Positions 57,760 to 64,000 of a stretch of 64,000 bases of DNA are shown here, in pieces; within the stretch, counting starts at the first letter, position 1; each line of letters begins with the position of its first letter. The position numbers and the translations under genes are program-made. Under the pieces are notes generated by a model. It worked only from the letters and a program-made list of their open reading frames with translations. It ran no database searches and was not told where the DNA came from. The stretch is from Macrostomum lignano (Eukaryota). The DNA lies in assembly GCA_002269645.1 (NCBI GenBank), contig NIVC01000481.1, forward strand, positions 62,001 to 126,000, read 5' to 3'.

Positions 57760-58680
57760 CACTAGGGGACCCGAAGGGGACCCACTAAAGGACCCGAAGG
57801 GGACCCACTAAAGGACCCGAAGGGGACCCACTAAAGGACCCGAAGGGGACCAACCAAAGGACCCGAATGGGACCCACTAAAGGACCCGAATGGGACCCAC
57901 TAAAGGACCCGAAGGGGACCCACTAAAGGACCCGAAGGGGACCCACTAAAGGACCCGAAGGGACCAACCAAAGGACCCGAATGGGACCCACTAAATGACC
58001 CGAATGGGACCCACTAAAGGACCCGAATGGGACCCACTAAAGGACCCGAAGTGGACTCACTAAAGGACCCGAAGGGGACCCACTAAAGGGACCCACTAAA
58101 GGACCCGACGGTGATCCACTAAAGGACCCGAAGGGGACCCAATAAAGGACCCGAAGGGGACCCATTAAGGACCCGAGGGTGACCCACTAAAGGACCCGAA
58201 GGGGACCCAATAAAGGACCCGAAGGGGACCCACTAAAGGACCCGAGGGTGACCCACTAAAGGACCCGAGGGTGATCCACTAAAGGATCCGAAGGGGACCC
58301 ACTAAGGACCCGAGGGTGACCCACTAAAGGACCCGAGGGTGATCCACTAAAGGATCCGAAGGGGACCCAACTAAAGGACCCGAATGGGACCCACTAAAGG
58401 ACCCGAAGTGGACTCACTAAAGGACCCGAAGGGGACCCACTAAAGGACCCGAAGGGGATCCACTAAAGGACCCGAAGGGGATCCACTAAAGGACCCGAAT
58501 GGGACCCACTAAAGGACCCGAAGGGGACCCACTAAAGGACCCGAATGGGACCCACTAAAGGACCCAAATGGGACCCATTAAGGACCCGAGGGTGACCCAC
58601 TAAAGGACCCGAGGGTGACCCACTAAAGGACACGAGGGTGATCTACTAAGGGTCCTGAGGATGACCCAGTGAATGACCCG
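57760..58680. repeat. 23-bp minisatellite (GGGACCCACTAAAGGACCCGAAG)n
   Basis: About 40 units. Confidence 0.95.
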
Positions 58681-58837
58681 AGAATGACCCACTGAAATAT
58701 TAGCAAAACTTTTTGAGCCTCAAAATATTGATTATACTTCAACATGACTGCTCACCAACAGAGCTGAGCCGAGAGAAAAGTCATCAAGTGAATGCAGAAT
58801 ATTGAGAGAAAGGATTGAAAAACCGTGTGTGAAGATA

Positions 58838-58870
<33 letters not shown>

Positions 58871-59384
58871 AAAGACGGAAGGCTGAAGAGTGAAAGAATT
58901 CTGTCAACATCATATTGCTGCTGGATGGATGGATGGGGTGCTGGGGGGAGCTTGCTCCCAACGGACCCACCAATATCAGTCGCTCGATTGCAGCGCTCCT
59001 ACAGGCAACCAAATTTTATACACTGCAAGAGTGTGTATGTGCTCAATTCCAACTTTGGCTCTGACCCACCCCCAGCCAAACTCTCGTCTACATGCATACT
59101 TATATATAGCTATATAGCGAGCTGATAGCAATTGCGGTCATCACTTGCCACCCCCAGAGCGACACCCCCACTCATACATCTCCCCCGGAGGCACACACTG
59201 CAGATTGCAGATTGGATTCTGCGCGCCACTTCTTCATACTCTTCAATAACCCCCTCTGCTGCCGCTGCTGCTGCCTACTAGCTGCAGCTTGCGGATCTCG
59301 AGCAATGGAGACAGACAAACATCCTTCAGAATATTTTGTAGACTCTATTGAGTATGGGTCTCCACTCCTTTATAGCTATGTACA

Positions 59385-61055
59385 ATACATTATTTTCAGA
59401 ATCCGTGTTGTCAGCGCTTATTTGCATGGCAGTACAACTTTTTTGCTCAGCAGGCACTCTCTTTTGCTCAGCAGGCACTCTTTTTTGCTCAGCAGGCACT
59501 CTTTTTTGCTCAGCAGGCACTCTTTTTTGCTCAGCAGGTACTCTTTTTTGCTCAGCAGGCACTCTTTTTTGCTCAGCAGGCACTCTTTTTTGCTCAGCAG
59601 GCACTCTTTTTTGCTCAGCAGGCACTCTTTTTTGCTCAGCAGGCTCTCTTTTTTGCTCAGCAGGCACTCTTTTTTGCTCAGCAGGCACTCTTTTTTGCTC
59701 AGCAGGCTCTCTTTTTTGCTCAGCAGGCTCTCTTTTTTGCTCAGCAGGCACTCTTTTTATTGCTCAGCAGGCTCTCCTTTTTGCTCAGCAGGCTCTCTTT
59801 TTTGCTCAGCAGGCACTCTTTTTTGCTCAGCAGGCACTCTTTTTTGCTCAGCAGGCTCTCTTTTTTGCTCAGCAGGCACTCTTTTTTGCTCAGCAGGCAC
59901 TCTTTTTTGCTCAGCAGGCACTCTTTTTTGCTCAGCAGGCACTCTTTTTTGCTCAGCAGGCTCTCTTTTTTGCTCAGCAGGCACTCTTTTTTGCTCAGCA
60001 GGCACTCTTTTTTGCTCAGCAGGCACTCTTTTTTGCTCAGCAGGCTCTCTTTTTTGCTCAGCAGGCACTCTTTTTTGCTCAGCAGGCACTCTTTTTTGCT
60101 CAGCAGGCACTCTTTTTTGCTCAGCAGGCTCTCTTTTTTGCTCAGCAGGCACTCTTTTTTGCTCAGCAGGCACTCTTTTTTGCTCAGCAGGCACTCTTTT
60201 TTGCTCAGCAGGCTCTCTTTTTTGCTCAGCAGGCTCTCTTTTTTGCTCAGCAGGCACTCTTTTTTGCTCAGCAGGCTCTCTTTTTTGCTCAGCAGGCACT
60301 CTTTTTTGCTCAGCAGGCTCTCTTTTTTGCTCAGCAGGCACTCTTTTTTGCTCAGCAGGCACTCTTTTTTGCTCAGCAGGCACTCTTTTTTGCTCAGCAG
60401 GCTCTCTTTTTTGCTCAGCAGACACTCTTTTTTGCTCAGCAGGCACTCTTTATTGCTCAGCAGGCTCTCTTTTTTGCTCAGCAGGCACTCTTTTTTGCTC
60501 AGCAGGCTCTCTTTTTTGCTCAGCAGGCACTCTTTTTTGCTCAGCAGGCTCTCTTTTTATTGCTCAGCAGGCTCTCTTTTTTGCTCAGCAGGCACTCTTT
60601 TTGCTCAGCAGGCACTCTTTTTATTGCTCAGCAGGCTCTCTTTTTTGCTCAGCAGGCACTCTTTTTTGCTCAGCAGGCTCTCTTTTTTGCTCAGCAGGCA
60701 CTCTTTTTTGCTCAGCAGGCACTCTTTTTATTGCTCAGCAGGCTCTCTTTTTTGCTCAGCAGGCTCTCTTTTTTGCTCAGCAGGCACTCTTTTTTGCTCA
60801 GCAGGCACTCTTTTTTGCTCAGCAGGCACTCTTTTTTGCTCAGCAGGCACTCTTTTTTGCTCAGCAGGTACTCTTTTTGGCGCCGTACAGGCATTTATTT
60901 TGACGCCGCAGACACTCATCTTAGCGCGGCCTGCAAGCTATATTTTTGTCGTCCTGAAGCGAAATTGTTGATTTACATAACGGTTCACCTTTAAGGTTGG
61001 GTGGAGGGACAAAGCATTGGCATGCCCCCCCGTCCCCCAGGTGGCGACGCCCCTG
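59385..61055. mobile_element. Second copy of the 21-bp-array MITE family; array (CAGGCACTCTTTTTTGCTCAG)n at 59440-60885; right terminus TGGCGACGCCCCTG at 61042-61055
   Basis: Right terminus is the reverse complement of the 50615 left terminus at 13/14 positions. Shared right flank CCTGAAGC.AAATT.TTGATTT.CATAACGG.TCAC...ACAAAGCATTGGCATG.CCCC and shared left flank ATGTACA...TATTTT.CA.AATC.GTGTT.TCAGC.CT.ATTT. Confidence 0.65.
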
Positions 61056-64000
61056 TCACACAGTGTAAGCAATTGCAATTGTTATACTCCTAATATAGTA
61101 ATAGAAGTAGCTATAGCAATTTTTATTATTATTATTCGATAAACGTAAACGATTCGATGCACATGGTATACGAAGGGTAAGGCCACGACGTTAAATAGCA
61201 AAAGTTAAAAGAATGACGCCCCTTAATTGACGGCCATTGGTGCTGGCGCCAGCTAAATAAATTGGTGCCTCAATACTGCTGTACATACATGTATGGCAGT
61301 ACATTTGTAAAACGAAAAAATCACCCGAAATTCGTATAGCTGACTGCATGTGTAACAATACATGCATATATGTAATGTGCAAGGCTATAAAGAAGGGATG
61401 AAAAAAAGAGATGCATGTAAAAACCATCAATATGCAATCTCGCAAATTTTGTCAGCGAGAAAGCTCTGTGAATATCAATTAGAGCTATATAAGAAAGGCA
61501 CGTGAACAACATATCAAAAAGATCCACATTCTGAGTCTGCATCCAATCGAAAGCAATATAACAGTTTTTGTGCTGACAAAATGGAAAATTCCTATCTCCG
61601 TAATGTATTGTTTTGAAAACCTGCCTATAAATTTTCCAAGAAACGTAGTTTTTCGTCCATCTGTTTGAGTAGTCCTTTGGCATTGTAGAATACGTATAGT
61701 ATACATATATTGTGTACTACAGCTTGTACAGTGTGGTAGGTGGAAGATTTTTCTTCGGGATAATATACTACCACAGATTGCTAGACGACTTTAATGCTAA
61801 TTAAAAATCTTAAAAGTATCTAGCGTTCCTGTTCACTTTATCGAAATACGACGAATGCTAAGAGTAGCGCAGATTATCGAACAAACGAAACAAAAGAGCA
61901 AATTTATTTATTAAAAAACAGCTGTTTATTATTTAAATACTTTATAGAAAATACGCCTTAATGCAAAAAAAATTAAAACCATCTGTCAGCCTAAACATTT
62001 TGTTTTACTTTATAAAATTTAAAATACGTATACATTTATTTGCCCAAACGCTTCCCACCAATTCAATTTAGTTTTCTACGTTACCGTTGTTCCTCAGTAT
62101 GTAGTTGTGCTGCGCTGCGCTCTAGGGTCAATAATTTCGGTGCATATTGTTGCCTGTAGTTATGCAGCGTAATGAAAATATTTGTTATCTACAAATGTAA
62201 ACATTACATTTGACATTGTTTGCTTAAGCATAACTGTAATTTATGTCTTTTATCTGTTCGAGAAACATCCGATTTTACAAGCACAAATTGCGGCGGATGA
62301 TGTAAGTGTTCGTCATCTATCTTGTATGAATTAAAAAATATGTAACTCTGTAATATTTAGTTTTCTAATTTAAATGGAGTTAACTTTATTAAGAAAAAAA
62401 TTTACTACCACAAAAATTTCTAACTCAGAGTCAGTCTGCTAACCTTAAGCTTGTATATAGATTAGGCCTATAGCTTTAAAACATACATAATATTTTTAAT
62501 TTTAGTTAGGCCATGGCCAGTCCAGGAAAATCGAAATGATATATAAGTCCAATTGCCATTCTTTTTAATTAACTTTTCTAGTAGCTTTAATTTTGTAACT
62601 AATTTTTTAACAAAAAATGTATTAGGCCCTACAATCATTTCCTATGATTATGCGTAGGCCAGGGAAAAACTAGAACTTATCACAATATACTAAATCTCTA
62701 AGGTTTGTCTGTCCTTAAATCCTACAGAGTAAGCCTACTTTAAGTTTTAAAAGGTATTTTTTAAAATTTTTTATAATTCATATTTATAATAACATGATTG
62801 TCATAAATAAAAAACTACTATACAAATATAAAAAACAGGAAATTTTTGTTATATATTATGTGTAATATAAACTATATTCCATACCTAGCTCACAATATAT
62901 ATTATATTAGAAAATTCTGGTGCACATAACTTCATAAGCAAAAAATATACAAAAAGCGGTATACATACCACACCCAAGAAGGTTACATGTAAGCTGGAAT
63001 TTTCCAGTGTACCATTGAAAAGTTTGGCTATTTTGGCGTACCACTTTGGCGTACCACTTTGAGCTTGAGAAATTTTTGGCATACTAATTTTGGTGAATAT
63101 ATTCAATTATTCATGCCATATATAAAAATTGTAATATAAATTAACCCTTTTTAGTTTTTACATAAAATGAAGGAAAATTTGTATAGTCTAGAAAATCAGT
63201 AATAAACTTTTTGCTTTTTAAAAATTAACAATGAATAAAACTTGTGTAAATTATTGCTAAGAATGTAAATTTTGTATTCTTTTTTGTAGGTTAAATTTAA
63301 GTTTGTTTAAGATGAAAATATTTGTAATTTGAAAAAATTTTTTGTACAAAAGCCTTTCTTAGAAAACTCTACTCGTGAAAACTGAATGACCTTTTTAGGA
63401 GGAATTTTTGGTGTACATTTTAGGGAATTTTTTGTTTTTAGCATACACTGGTGTACATTTAGCTGAGATAAGATTCTTGTTCTGGCGTATACTACATGAT
63501 CCAAACCGTGGTTTACATGGCATATAATATATCAAAATCCCAGTATAAGACCAAGACTGCCACACACCAAGACTGCCACACTTGGAGGAGCTAAGGAGAG
63601 GAATTAGACTCAATGTATTATTGGATAATGGTATGGACTAAGAAAAGATAAAAAAGAAAGTAGGAAAAACTAGCAAAACAAGGCTATCACTATGAGCTAT
63701 AGATAAAAAGATGGCCTTTTTCATAAAAAAAATTTGCACTAAAAACGGTTGGACATATGCTGCACTAGCATATTCTGGCATAAGGGAGAAAAATCTAGTG
63801 TAGTACAGCGTAAGACAAAAAATAATTAGCACAATTTGGTAGTGTGACAGGCCTTTTGGCTCTGTCTTTCTAAACTTCTAACTATTAGTGTTTATTAAAT
63901 ATCCTACGAGCTGCCACCAAAGTTGTTACAGGCCTTTCACCTCTTACTTTATCAATTTTAATCCCACCGATTTGCCAACTACAGTTATCCTGATTATACT

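Overview
This is eukaryotic (metazoan) genomic DNA, not prokaryotic. GC-rich exons, GT-AG introns and very high tandem-repeat content (about 45% of the window by my hand tally) resemble a rhabditophoran flatworm such as Macrostomum; that species guess is an inference only. I reconstructed three spliced + strand genes by hand with consistent intron phases. (1) A 5'-incomplete PLC-delta-type phospholipase C (14 exons, 1480-19475, PH-EF-X-Y-C2, catalytic residues intact). (2) A signal-peptide/LRR/single-TM receptor-like protein (24839-28069 or later). (3) A 7-cadherin-repeat protocadherin (5 coding exons, 33947-48098, ~1091 aa, ending SSFV). There is also a probable small orphan single-TM ORF on the minus strand (22620-23114). 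Almost every large intron and intergenic gap holds its own micro- or minisatellite, and most long ORFs in the supplied track are translations of these repeats. The most interesting signal is that several arrays appear to be internal expansions of non-autonomous DNA elements. Two copies of one CAGGGG(C/T)GTCGCCA-TIR element share flanks, but each has homogenised a different 21-bp unit, and one of these is a tandem of about 30 E2F-consensus (TTTGGCGC) sites. Other features are a foldback MITE, a 5.2-kb motif-bounded element with a higher-order satellite, a satellite block between 27-bp direct repeats, and inverted minisatellites bracketing PLC exons 4-12. No rRNA, tRNA or CRISPR features were found.
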